DNA from: an uncultured Actinomycetes bacterium
GTDB lineage: Bacteria > Actinomycetota > Thermoleophilia > RBG-16-64-13
NCBI GenBank assembly: GCA_963841735.1
Contig: CAWJDT010000001.1
Location: 1,536,001 to 1,600,000 of the forward strand
Length of the DNA: 64,000 bases
Direction of reading: 5' to 3'
Positions 17,574-26,507 of the stretch are shown in pieces. Position 1 is the first letter of the stretch. The number at the start of each line of letters is the position of its first letter. The position numbers were made by a program, and so were the translations under genes. The notes beneath the pieces were generated by a model. It was given only the letters and a program-made list of their open reading frames with translations. It had not been told where the DNA came from and did no database searches.

Positions 17574-18877
17574 GCTGGTACGCGCTGCTTCCAGGTGAAG
17601 CGAGGGTGGCGCTTCGCCGGCCGACGACCTCGGTTGGCGCCGCCTTGTTTCTCTTGATGGGGGTCGTTTTCGGTCTGGCGGCTTCCGACCCCACAGGCAA
17701 TGGGCCGGCCTCGTTTGTGACCGCCGTGATCTTTGCTTTCGGCGCGGGAGTCGAAGGAGGCGTCATAGTGGCCATTCTCATGGGGGCAGGCGCCGGCGGA
17801 GAGGACCACGACCTTGGCACAAACAGAGACCTGTGGTTGTCGAATATTGGCCCGCTTGAGAACTTGGCCTGCAAGCTGCTGGTTGCAGTGGATCTTGTTG
17901 TTGCAGCGGCGCTTCTGCTGTTCGTTGGTGGAGCGCTTGCGGGTCTGATCAACATCTTGTTCCGCGGAGGGGCGCTATACGCCGAGTCCTTTGCGGGACA
18001 GTCGAGAACCATGTGGCAAGGCCTGGCAGAACTCGTGGTCCTTATGCCGATGGTCGTCGTCGCAGTCGCATGCACGGCGCAAGTTCTTCGGTCGAGGTTG
18101 CTTGGCGGCGTGGTGTGGATGGGCATCTATTTCGTGTACTTGCTTAGCGGTGTCTGGCTTTCGCGGATCGACTCATTGGCAGGTGTTGTCAACTTCACTC
18201 CCATCGGGAGTGCGATTGCTCTGGTCAAGGGCAAGGGGTGGGGTGCCGCTGCTTCTATGCCAACATGGACGGCGCTGGTAGTCACGGTGGGCTGGTTGGC
18301 CTTGTTTCTCACGGCCGCAGTGTGGAGAGAGAAGGGGAGGGGAGCACAAGCAGAACGCCCCGGTGGACGAAGCCGCCTGTCGCGCGCGCGGAGTGCCTTT
18401 GTTCAGGGCCGCGCCACTCGCTCCCGGAGCCCTGTCCGTTGGCCCAGGCATCTCGCCGCCGTTGGCGGCTTGGTATTGCTGCTAGGTGTTGGCGGCTTGG
18501 CCGGAGCCGACGGGCTCGTCCGGGCGGGCGCGAACTTCGACCCTATCCACCAGGTCTTGACCAACAATCTGAGGGCAGACTACCTCGAACACCTCGCTAC
18601 TCTTCTGAACGCGGGTGAGTGGGAGGAAGCGCGCCGTTACATCGGTTCTTCCGGTCGTGCCGGTCTGGCTCTCATTGAGGAATTGCTTGAGGGTGAGGGA
18701 GCCAGCCGTGTCGGTTTCGGGGAGACATCAGTGGGAGCTCGCTCTTACGGCGCCTTGTACGTTGAGCGGACCGTGGTGGACGCCGACGGTACCACGGTCC
18801 ACAATCAGACCTTCGCTGTTGACCTCAGCTACGAGGCGGGGTCATGGCGCTGTGCGGGCATAAGCATGGCCCGATAG
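17570..18877 (+). CDS. ABC-2-type permease with an extra C-terminal extracellular domain
   Basis: GEDHDLGT motif, 6-7 TM segments, then a soluble ~120-aa tail; GTGA overlap. Confidence 0.75.
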   Translation: MSWYALLPGEARVALRRPTTSVGAALFLLMGVVFGLAASDPTGNGPASFVTAVIFAFGAGVEGGVIVAILMGAGAGGEDHDLGTNRDLWLSNIGPLENLACKLLVAVDLVVAAALLLFVGGALAGLINILFRGGALYAESFAGQSRTMWQGLAELVVLMPMVVVAVACTAQVLRSRLLGGVVWMGIYFVYLLSGVWLSRIDSLAGVVNFTPIGSAIALVKGKGWGAAASMPTWTALVVTVGWLALFLTAAVWREKGRGAQAERPGGRSRLSRARSAFVQGRATRSRSPVRWPRHLAAVGGLVLLLGVGGLAGADGLVRAGANFDPIHQVLTNNLRADYLEHLATLLNAGEWEEARRYIGSSGRAGLALIEELLEGEGASRVGFGETSVGARSYGALYVERTVVDADGTTVHNQTFAVDLSYEAGSWRCAGISMAR

Positions 18878-18897
18878 TCTCTTGACGGTCGGCTCCG

Positions 18898-19027
18898 CGT
18901 CCAACACCAAGCCCGCAGTGCTCTCGTCCGAGCCGATCACCAGGTCGTGCCGCACCGCAACTCCGCCAACGCGCTTAGCTCGTCCGCGAACGACCCCCGC
19001 CCCACCGGGTGGTGTGGCGGGCAGAGG
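18898..19027 (-). pseudogene. Degenerate internal fragment of malY (copy of ~12214-12343)
   Basis: GTCCAACACCAAGCCCGC..TCGTCCGAGCCGATCACCAGGTCGTGCCGCACCGC..CCCACCGGGT matches malY in direct orientation. Confidence 0.85.
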
Positions 19028-19046
19028 ACCAGCTCTCAGCGAGTTC

Positions 19047-20144
19047 CTAGGCCGACTCCCTCATGGACTGCAACTCCAGCGCCACCTTGATCTGTTCCAG
19101 GGCCTTCGCCTCTATCTGGCGGATGCGCTCGCGGCTGACGTTGAAGCGCGAGCTCACTTCGGCCAAGGTGCGCGGATGCTCACCTTTGAAGCCAAAGCGG
19201 AGCTCCACTACCTTGCGCTCGCGTTCGTCCATGCCCTGGAGGACTTTGGCCAGGTTCTCATTGGCGATAATGCCCGAGACCACGTCGGCCGGATCGGGAG
19301 TGCTCTGGTTTTGGATCAAGTCGCCCAGTTCGGCGTCCCCGTCGTCGCCGATGGGAGTATCAAGCGACGTTGTGCGCCGGGCGATTATGCGTATGTCCTG
19401 CACTTCTTGGGGTTCGATGCCCAGTTCGTCGGCCAGCTCCTCGTCGGTCGGTTCTCTGCCCGTCTCCTGAAGCAGCTTCCGTTCGGTGCGCACCATCTTG
19501 TTGATCTTCTCTATCATGTGCACCGGGATGCGGATGTTTCGGTCCTGGTTCGCGATGGCTCGCGTGATGGCCTGCCGTATCCACCAAGTGGCGTACGTGG
19601 AGAACTTGAAGCCCTTGTGATGGTCGAACTTCTCCACCGCGCGTATGAGGCCGGTGTTGCCCTCTTGGATGAGGTCGAGAAAATCCATCTCCTGGGTGTA
19701 GTAATTCTTGGCGATGGAGATGACCAGGCGCAGGTTGGAGCGGATCAAGTGATCCTTGGCCCGCGTGTCGCCCAACTCGATGCGCTTAGCGAGTTGGATC
19801 TCTTCGCTCCTAGTAAGCAGAGGGATCGTCCCGGCTTCCTTCAGGTACAGTCGAAGAGGGTCCTGAGACACCGTCTGAATCGACAGATCGAGGGTGGGCT
19901 CGATGTTGTCGAGGACACCCCGGGCGACAGGGCTTTGCTCATATATCTCCGTGGACTGGTCAAAGAGCTGCGAGTACAGGTCTTCGATCTCTTCCACGCT
20001 CATGTCGTACTCTTCCACCAGCGCCATGATCTCGTCGCTGGTGACGTAGCCCCGCTCTTGGCCTAGCTGCAGAAGTTCCTGGACGTCTGCGATGGGGCGA
20101 ACGTCTTGTTGAAGATCAACTACGGTCATCTCATCTTCCCTCAA
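19047..20144 (-). CDS. RpoD/SigA-family sigma-70 factor, probably a paralogue
   Basis: Region 1.1 [56 protein letters not shown]. Confidence 0.93.
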   Translation of the reverse strand: MREDEMTVVDLQQDVRPIADVQELLQLGQERGYVTSDEIMALVEEYDMSVEEIEDLYSQLFDQSTEIYEQSPVARGVLDNIEPTLDLSIQTVSQDPLRLYLKEAGTIPLLTRSEEIQLAKRIELGDTRAKDHLIRSNLRLVISIAKNYYTQEMDFLDLIQEGNTGLIRAVEKFDHHKGFKFSTYATWWIRQAITRAIANQDRNIRIPVHMIEKINKMVRTERKLLQETGREPTDEELADELGIEPQEVQDIRIIARRTTSLDTPIGDDGDAELGDLIQNQSTPDPADVVSGIIANENLAKVLQGMDERERKVVELRFGFKGEHPRTLAEVSSRFNVSRERIRQIEAKALEQIKVALELQSMRESA

Positions 20145-20240
20145 TCATCGTCATACGCAACTGTCAACTGTGCCCTTGGCATATCCTTGGGCCTTCATAG
20201 AACAGGGTCCGCCACATCTCGTAGCGGGCCCGGGCACGCA

Positions 20241-20268
20241 GAAACGCCGGCCCGAAGGCCGGCGTTTC
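20241..20268 (-). terminator. Intrinsic terminator of the RRM gene
   Basis: On the minus strand GAAACGCCGGCC-TTCG-GGCCGGCGTTTC: perfect 12-bp stem, cUUCGg loop, 35 bp after the stop codon. Confidence 0.75.
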
Positions 20269-20303
20269 GTCACTGGTGTGAGGAGTAAGTCGCTGAGCGA
20301 CTA

Positions 20304-20624
20304 CTACCAGCGGTTACCGCCGCCGCCGCCACCGTAGCCGCCCGAACGGGGCTCACGAGGAGCTTGTTCCTTGGCTGAGTCTACCTTGAGGGCGCGGCCG
20401 TCCATCTGGGTGCCGTCAAGAGCGGCTTTGGCCTTCTGAGCTTCCTCGGGTGATCCCATCTCTACGAAACCGAAGCCTTTGGGGCGGCCGGTGTCGCGGT
20501 CGGTGATCAGGGCGACCGAAGTCACTTCGCCGTGAGCCTCGAAAGCGGTCCTGATGCTCGCCTCGGATGTTTCGTAGCTGAAGTTGCCCACGTACAGTTT
20601 TGCTGAATTCACTAGATCCTCCAT
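20304..20624 (-). CDS. RRM RNA-binding protein with Gly-rich tail
   Basis: KLYVGN (RNP2), RPKGFGFVEM (RNP1), GGYGGGGGG. Confidence 0.95.
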   Translation of the reverse strand: MEDLVNSAKLYVGNFSYETSEASIRTAFEAHGEVTSVALITDRDTGRPKGFGFVEMGSPEEAQKAKAALDGTQMDGRALKVDSAKEQAPREPRSGGYGGGGGGNRW

Positions 20625-20752
20625 GAACGGAGTTATATTGCGACACGCGAGAGGGAAAGACTGGAGACTGGGCGAGGAGGTTTAGAAGCTCGGCGCTTGG
20701 CCTAGAGAAGATTCCTAACGGATGCTTGTTCGCAGTGTAGCACGACTTGGCA

Positions 20753-21094
20753 TCAAGCGGTGAAAGTCAAGGCCGCGCGACAGAAGAGCAGCCTGCGCGA
20801 ACTGGCGACAGCTCGGCTCAACGCCCGCACCAGCAGACGCAACTCCGCCGCAATTGTGACATCTTCGAGCAGGGCCAGCAAGACCCAGACCCACGGCTCC
20901 ACTGTGATCCACGTATGGGAGCCTCGCCCCCAGATCGTCTCGCGATGGTCGGTGAAACCCACGCACGACGCGTAGAGCGACAAGAGGACGGCGCTGAGCA
21001 AGGGGTTGGTTATTAGGTTGACCGCCAGAAGCGCACGCCGCTGCCGGCTGAATGACCCATGCGACGACGGTGGTTGCCGCCGGCAACCCGCCAT
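20753..21094 (-). pseudogene. Probable remnant of a small membrane protein gene
   Basis: LLAVNLITNPLL..VWVLLALLE..AE looks like a membrane protein, but there is no clean start or RBS. Confidence 0.3.
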
Positions 21095-21258
21095 CGATCA
21101 GTAGGCGCGCACGGTCAGTTCCTCCGCCACGCGACCGAGGTTCCGGGCCGCCGTAGTCCCCCGCGTGGTCCCCGCGCAAGACACGCAAGGGAGGTCTGAG
21201 TGTTAGTGTTGATCCATCGCGTCAGTGCCTGTATCCATCGTGTCCGAGGAGGGCCGGA

Positions 21259-22008
21259 ATGAGAAAGCACGCTATGTTCGCCGGTGCCGTGTTCGCGACC
21301 GCGGTCCTGACCCTCCTGTTGCTGTCTACCGCCCTGCTCGGCTGCCAATCATTGGAGACTGCTGCGACGGCATCGGCCGTCGAGACGACCGCGGGCACCG
21401 CGGCAACGCTCACGACCCTCGCGCCCGCCACTACCGAGGCGCCCACCACCAGCCAGTCGCCCACGACGACCGCGGGTACCCCGACCTCCATTGCTCCAGA
21501 GATGATCGCCGGCGTCCCGTCGGTTCTCTACGAGGACGACCTGCTCTCGCTCTATCGGCCGGACACCAGCGCCATCACCAATGGAGGTTTCGAGCAATTC
21601 CTCCCGCTGACCCAGTCGCCCCAAGTGGCGATCGTCCTACCCGAGGAGCTCTTCGACGGTACGAATCTGATCGAGGCGGGTGTCTACATGGGCGTGAAGG
21701 CGGTGGCCGATCTCCCCGGCTTCTGGGAGGATCCGTACGGTCCCCTCGAGGAAGCCGCGGGCAATACCGACTTCGCCGGTCTGACCTGGACCACCTTCAC
21801 GGCGTCGGAGGGGGCCGCGGGCAACACCTACGATCAACGGATATACCGGACGGTCTCGGGCGACCGCTGCTTCGAGGTCGTGGAGTTTCTGCACTCGGGC
21901 CAAATAGGGGCCTACGAGCCGGGAACCGTCGAGGAGTTCGACAGGGCGAAGTTCGAGGGCTACCTGGAAGCTATCGTGCGGTCACTCACACTGCAGGGCG
22001 TGATGTAG
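21259..22008 (+). CDS. Lipoprotein with Thr-rich linker
   Basis: GAGGAGG RBS, lipobox LLGC, T/A-rich linker, C-terminal EGAAGNTY..IYR..CFEV domain. Confidence 0.85.
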   Translation: MRKHAMFAGAVFATAVLTLLLLSTALLGCQSLETAATASAVETTAGTAATLTTLAPATTEAPTTSQSPTTTAGTPTSIAPEMIAGVPSVLYEDDLLSLYRPDTSAITNGGFEQFLPLTQSPQVAIVLPEELFDGTNLIEAGVYMGVKAVADLPGFWEDPYGPLEEAAGNTDFAGLTWTTFTASEGAAGNTYDQRIYRTVSGDRCFEVVEFLHSGQIGAYEPGTVEEFDRAKFEGYLEAIVRSLTLQGVM

Positions 22009-22060
22009 CGCCCGGGAGTAGCCCTGGTCACCACCGGGGAGATCTTGCCAAAGCCTTGTA

Positions 22061-22119
22061 CCGTTTGGACCGGGGCTGACCCACCCCTGAAGCGAGTCTG
22101 ACCCCACCCACCGCGGGCC
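22061..22119 (+). repeat. Partial copy of the intergenic repeat at 26350-26461
   Basis: CCGTTTGGACCGGGG..GAAGCGAGTCTGA.CCCAC..GCGGGCC shared. Confidence 0.75.
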
Positions 22120-22246
22120 ACTAGCAGTTCTCCGTATGCCACCACCACCTTCTCTTGATCGTCCAAGCTCCAACCTTCGTCCGATGCGGCCCTCTGGCAA
22201 CCTCCTACCATGGACGGAGGCAAGAGAGTGCCCCATGGGATAGAAA

Positions 22247-22552
22247 ATGGAGATATTTCATACTATAATTGGATTGAACGGGGACGCGGTCCGCTTCGAG
22301 TTCGATCAGCGCAAGAGCTCGGCGAACAAGCTCAAGCACGGCATCGACTTCGTAGAGGTCCAGAGACTGTGGCATGACATGGCGCTTGTGGAGGTCCCCG
22401 CTCGTTGCGAGGATGAGATGCGGCGGTTAGTGGTCGGCGTGATCGATGGGAAGCATTGGTCGGCGGTCATCACTTACCGCGAGAAGAGGATCCGACTGAT
22501 CTCCGCGCGTCGCTCACGTGAAGAGGAGGTGGCGATCTATGAAGGCCGATGA
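22247..22552 (+). CDS. brnT: BrnT-family toxin
   Basis: FEFD..KS..NK.KHGIDF..RIRLISARR. The true start may be slightly downstream (TATAAT at 22264). Confidence 0.92.
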   Translation: MEIFHTIIGLNGDAVRFEFDQRKSSANKLKHGIDFVEVQRLWHDMALVEVPARCEDEMRRLVVGVIDGKHWSAVITYREKRIRLISARRSREEEVAIYEGR

Positions 22553-22766
22553 GTTTGACAAGCGCTTCGATGCCGGGCAGGACGTCACCGATGCACTCGA
22601 CGTGGCGGCTGCCCGACGACCCTTGCAGAACATGCGGCGCGTGAACGTGGACTTTCCTCGGTGGATGGTGGAGTCACTCGACAGAGAAGCGGAACGCCTG
22701 GGAGTCACCAGGCAGTCGCTCATCAAGATCTGGATCGCCGAGCGGCTGGAACGGCTGGCCTCCTAG
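22539..22766 (+). CDS. brnA: BrnA-family (CopG/RHH) antitoxin
   Basis: MKADEFDKRFD.G.D..RVNVDFP.WM..LDREA..LGVTRQSLIK.WIAERL. Confidence 0.92.
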   Translation: MKADEFDKRFDAGQDVTDALDVAAARRPLQNMRRVNVDFPRWMVESLDREAERLGVTRQSLIKIWIAERLERLAS

Positions 22767-23099
22767 GCCGCAGCGGCCGGAGGTTTCGGCAGCGGCCCTC
22801 CACGCCTCATATCAATGTGACGCGCCTCGCGCTTGGTGACCACAGCAGTGAGCGTGCGGCAGGCACTGGAGCGAACGGTCGGTCGAGGGCGGAAAGAGCT
22901 TGTTGGGGCCGACGCGCCAGTCTGAGGGCGCGTCCTCACCCTAGCCTCTCAACCTGGGCGCCATGATCGACGCCGTGGTCACGACCTACAACCAGGCAGA
23001 GCAACCGTTCGCCAATCTCCATCCTCGGGCTGAACTCGCTCCGGCCAACGCCATTCTAGTCTGGGCCTTTGAGGTGCGCGGGCAAAGGCCCGGTGCCTA

Positions 23100-23115
23100 T
23101 TATCACATGTGATAA
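23100..23115. promoter_or_regulatory. Perfect 16-bp palindrome, putative operator
   Basis: TTATCACATGTGATAA just upstream of a DUF4160/XRE module. Confidence 0.7.
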
Positions 23116-23139
23116 ACTCCGTCTAGAACGAGCGATAGC

Positions 23140-23345
23140 CTGGGCGAGAAGAGGGTCAGAGGATTCGTGTTTCGGTCCTACGTCGGAGATCATCCGCCCC
23201 TTCACGTGCACATCTTCCGCGAGGGGCGGCAGATCGGACGTTGGGACATTGAGCACCAGTGTCCCCTGGACTCTTTCCCCTTACCAGCAGGCTCGTTCGG
23301 GCCTTGCGAGAGGCCGGATATCTAGACAGCGAGGAGGAGCGATGA
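23140..23345 (+). pseudogene. DUF4160-family gene with one frameshift (not in the ORF track)
   Basis: GEKRVRGFVFRSYVGDHPPLHVHIFREG..IGRWDIE. One C is missing in the C-run at ~23277-23280; the other frame continues LTSRLVRALREAGYL to a TGA overlapping the next ATG. Confidence 0.7.
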
Positions 23346-23893
23346 CTGGCACATTCGAGAGCCCCGACACGATTGAGAGTCCCGACACGTTTGAGACCCG
23401 CCTCTCGGACGTTGCCTACGTCGACTCCATGGCTACTCTGGTCGTCAAGTTCCTGGCGGGCCGGACATACGCGGTGCCGTTGGCCGAGCTGGAAGGCAGC
23501 GACGGATCCTCGGTGAGGAGCGTGGCCCTGGGCTCCTATGGGTACGCGGCCGTCGTCGAACAACAGTCGGGCAACCGGCTGGAAGTGCCGTGGGACGTCA
23601 TCCTGTACCACGCCGAGCCGTCGTATCACTTCCACAAGCACGGCAGCGCCGTAGCCGCCGCCGCCGCGGATCGTCAGGAGATCGGAGAACGGGTCCGTCT
23701 CGAACGCCTCGAGCGGTCGTGGACGCTCGCCGACCTGAGCGCGCGCACGGGCATCAAGATCCCCAATCTGTCCCGCCTGGAGAAGGGCAAGCACCTGCCA
23801 TCGCTAGAGACGCTGGAGAAGGTGGGCGGCGCCTTCGGTCTGCCGGTGGCCGCGCTGGTGGCCACGAGGCGCGCGGTCGGCGTCGCCCCGTGA
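23342..23893 (+). CDS. DUF2442-like + XRE HTH protein
   Basis: GAGGAG RBS; LVVKF..GRTY.VPL; WTLADLSARTGIKIPNLSRLEKG...PSLETL. Confidence 0.8.
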   Translation: MTGTFESPDTIESPDTFETRLSDVAYVDSMATLVVKFLAGRTYAVPLAELEGSDGSSVRSVALGSYGYAAVVEQQSGNRLEVPWDVILYHAEPSYHFHKHGSAVAAAAADRQEIGERVRLERLERSWTLADLSARTGIKIPNLSRLEKGKHLPSLETLEKVGGAFGLPVAALVATRRAVGVAP

Positions 23894-23912
23894 TCATGGC
23901 TCTGACTAAAAG

Positions 23913-24319
23913 GTCATATGACTTATAGTTGGGGAGCCGATGGCTCTCTTCCGACTCGACTGCGATGAAGCACAAGGAGTGACAGTCTCATGAGCGCGCA
24001 GGTCAGTACCGAGGTGAGCGGCGCCGCATCTGCCGGTGCGGACGGCGAGTCGGTAGTGGTCAGCGATGGCTCCGGCAGGCAGGTGGGAGCGAGGCTCCGT
24101 GCGGTCAGGGTGAGCACGAACCTGAGCCAACTGGAGTTGTCGCGGCGCAGCGGCATCGCGCAGGAGTCGCTCAGTAGGATAGAGACGGGTTGGCGTGATC
24201 CGCGCCTGGGCACCCTCCGGAGGCTGGCTCAAGGCATGGGCCTGTCGCTGGACCAACTGCTGGAGCGCTTGCGGGTTGACAGCGGGCCTGCCCTGAAGGG
24301 TGGCTCCATATCGGTCTGA
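23913..24319 (+). pseudogene. Internally deleted paralogue of the 4598-5458 module; only the HTH ORF 23990-24319 remains
   Basis: GTCATATGAC operator; ATGGCTCTCTTCCG start joined to the AAGGAGTGA end; HTH AQESLSRIETG..DPRLGTLR..AQGMGLSL.QLLERL nearly identical to the first copy. Confidence 0.85.
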
Positions 24320-24408
24320 AACTCCGGCCTGGCGGAGCGACCCTTGAATTGCGCAGGCAGTTGAGTAAAATAACTCATGGCATTGAGTAGCGAGTCAAGA
24401 GGCGGCTG

Positions 24409-25599
24409 ATGTACCAACGCACCCTCACTCACACCCTCGCGCAGCGACTGGCGGGCGAGCGGCGCTTCATCCAAGCCCTCGTAGGCCCGCGGCAGGTAGG
24501 CAAGACCACCAGTGTGATGCAGGCACTCGAAGGTCTGGGTATCCGCCACGTCTACGCGAGCGCCGACGAACCCGGCCTGCGCGGCCCTGCGTGGCTGGAG
24601 CAGCAGTGGGAGCAGGCGAGGCTCCTTGCTCGTTCAGAGACCACCTGCCTCCTGGCGTTGGACGAGATCCAGAAGATCCCCGGCTGGTCGGAGACCGTGA
24701 AGCGGCTCTGGGACGAAGACACGCGCGCAAGGCTCGATCTTCGTGTGTGCCTGCTGGGGTCATCGTCACTGCTCATCACCAGTGGTCTCAGCGAGAGCTT
24801 GGCAGGGCGCTTCGAGTTGCTGAGGGCGACTCACTGGCTGTACCGGGAGTGTCGCGAGGCGTTCGGCTGGGACCTCGACACCTATCTGTTCCATGGGGGC
24901 TACCCAGGAGCGGCGGGCCTCATAGACGATCATCAGCGTTGGCGCGCCTACGTGCTCGATTCTCTGGTGGAGACCACCGTTTCGCGCGACATCCTTCTTA
25001 TGACCCGGGTAGACAAGCCCGCGTTGCTTCGACAGCTCTTCTACTTGGCGGTGGAGCACTCGGGCCAGGTACTCTCGTTCACCAAGATGTTGGGTCAACT
25101 TCACGACGCGGGAAACACAACCACCATCGCGCACTACTTGGAGTTGTTGGAGCAGGCCGGCTTGATCCGCGGCCTGGGCAAGTTCTCCGGCAGCAGGGTC
25201 AGGCGGCGGGCATCTATCCCCAAGCTCCTCGTGTTGAACACGGCGCTGATGACCGCGGTCGACGGCCGGACGCTGAGTGAAGCTCGCGCTGACGGCCGGT
25301 ACTGGGGCAGGCTCGTCGAATCGGCGGTGGGGGCTCACCTTAGCGCGGTGTACGGGACGGCCGGTGCGGGTCTCTACTATTGGCGCGAGGGCAATCAGGA
25401 GGTCGACTATGTGCTGCAGAGCCGCCCGTCCGTCGCAGGGACCCCGGCTCTGTGGGCCATCGAGGTCAAGAGCGGCAGTCGACGCTCGGACGGCTCTGGG
25501 ATGGAACGGTTCTCTCAGGTCTTTGGACCGGCTAGAAAGTTGCTGGTGGGACAAGGTGGGCTTCCGTTGGAGGAGTTCTTCTTGGGCGAGTTTAGCTGA
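24409..25599 (+). CDS. AAA_14 ATPase with DUF4143 / PD-(D/E)xK C-terminus
   Basis: GPRQVGKTT, LDEIQK, GSSSL..SESLAGRF, GGYP, LYYWR..EVDYV..AIEVKSG. Confidence 0.92.
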   Translation: MYQRTLTHTLAQRLAGERRFIQALVGPRQVGKTTSVMQALEGLGIRHVYASADEPGLRGPAWLEQQWEQARLLARSETTCLLALDEIQKIPGWSETVKRLWDEDTRARLDLRVCLLGSSSLLITSGLSESLAGRFELLRATHWLYRECREAFGWDLDTYLFHGGYPGAAGLIDDHQRWRAYVLDSLVETTVSRDILLMTRVDKPALLRQLFYLAVEHSGQVLSFTKMLGQLHDAGNTTTIAHYLELLEQAGLIRGLGKFSGSRVRRRASIPKLLVLNTALMTAVDGRTLSEARADGRYWGRLVESAVGAHLSAVYGTAGAGLYYWREGNQEVDYVLQSRPSVAGTPALWAIEVKSGSRRSDGSGMERFSQVFGPARKLLVGQGGLPLEEFFLGEFS

Positions 25600-25600
25600 A

Positions 25601-25623
25601 GTCTGGCCCCGTCTGGACCGGGG
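25601..25623 (+). repeat. Short copy of the left end of the 26350 repeat
   Basis: GTCTGGCCCCGTCTGGACCGGGG versus GTCTGGTGCCGTTTGGACCGGGG, right after a stop codon. Confidence 0.55.
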
Positions 25624-25732
25624 TTCGGGGCGGGCCGGCCTCCGCCAATCTCAGCCTTAGGTCTGATGCCCCTCTCACGGTCGCGTGGGAGACTGACCTT
25701 GTGTTCCGAATCAACCCCCGAGATACCACTCG

Positions 25733-25820
25733 TTGACATGACAGCAGCGCTCAGGCATAATCCAGGTACTTCCTCCCCGTCGAACACGCCGCAAGGCCTT
25801 CGGCGGGGTACTGTTTTTTT
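25733..25820 (+). ncRNA. Promoter + hairpin + U-tract: putative small RNA or attenuator upstream of the NYN gene
   Basis: TTGACA-N17-CATAAT, then CCCCGTCGAA..TTCGGCGGGG followed by TACTGTTTTTTT. Confidence 0.5.
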
Positions 25821-25829
25821 GGGCCCAAA

Positions 25830-26305
25830 CGCGCTTCTACACCGGGGTCCCGGCCGAGAAGGCTGATCCCCACTGGTACGGCTTCTGGACGAGCAAGCTG
25901 GCCATGATGGGGCGGCGTGGCGTCCACGTCTGCTCGCGCGAACTCCAGTATCACGACGAGATGGTCGCGCTGCCCGACGGCACGTCTGTCACGGTGCGAC
26001 TGGGCCGGGAGAAGGGTATCGACGTGCGCATAGCTCTCGATATGGTGCGGCTCGCGCTCTCCAACGCGTACGATGTCGCCCTCGTCCTCAGCCAGGACCA
26101 GGATCTTGCGGAAGCCGCCCTGGAGGTCCGTGACATCTCGATGACCACCGGCCGGTGGATCAAGGTCGCCTGCGCGTACCCGTGGAGCCCGGCCTCGCGC
26201 AAGCGAGGGATCAACAACACCGAGTGGATCCGAATCGATTCCGACATGTACGCGGCATCGGCAGACCCGCGGGACTACCGCGTGTCGCGGTGGCCCGCGG
26301 AGTAG
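25830..26305 (+). pseudogene. 5'-truncated NYN-domain (LabA/DUF88, PIN-like) nuclease
   Basis: RFYTGVP, EKGIDVRIALD and LSQDQDL are present. The N-terminal catalytic DGxN strand is absent. Confidence 0.8.
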
Positions 26306-26349
26306 CCTGACCTCGGCCCGCGGACTCGTCGCCCGCAAAGCTATCAGAG

Positions 26350-26461
26350 TCTGGTGCCGTTTGGACCGGGGGCGACCAACGCCCGGAAGCGAGTCTGAGC
26401 CCACTCTCAGCGGGCCCCGCGGCGTTTCTTCTTGTGCCGCTCCGTTCCCGGTGCTATAAGG
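26350..26461 (+). repeat. ~110-bp intergenic repeat ending in a sigma70 promoter
   Basis: Aligns with 27585-27695; TTGTGC-N17-TATAAG with extended -10 TG in both copies. Confidence 0.85.
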
Positions 26462-26507
26462 GACGAAGTGCCATGGCGCTATCCAGCGGGAAATCTCACG
26501 GGGGCAC

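Noticed and set aside
18882-20066. Long antisense ORFs (e.g. 394 aa here, 3456-4544, 43068-44336, 59004-60197)
   Set aside because: Shadow or alternate frames of well-supported genes, expected in high-GC DNA.
22770-23060. Possible gene between brnA and the DUF4160 module
   Set aside because: Only short ORFs without RBS or recognisable motifs.
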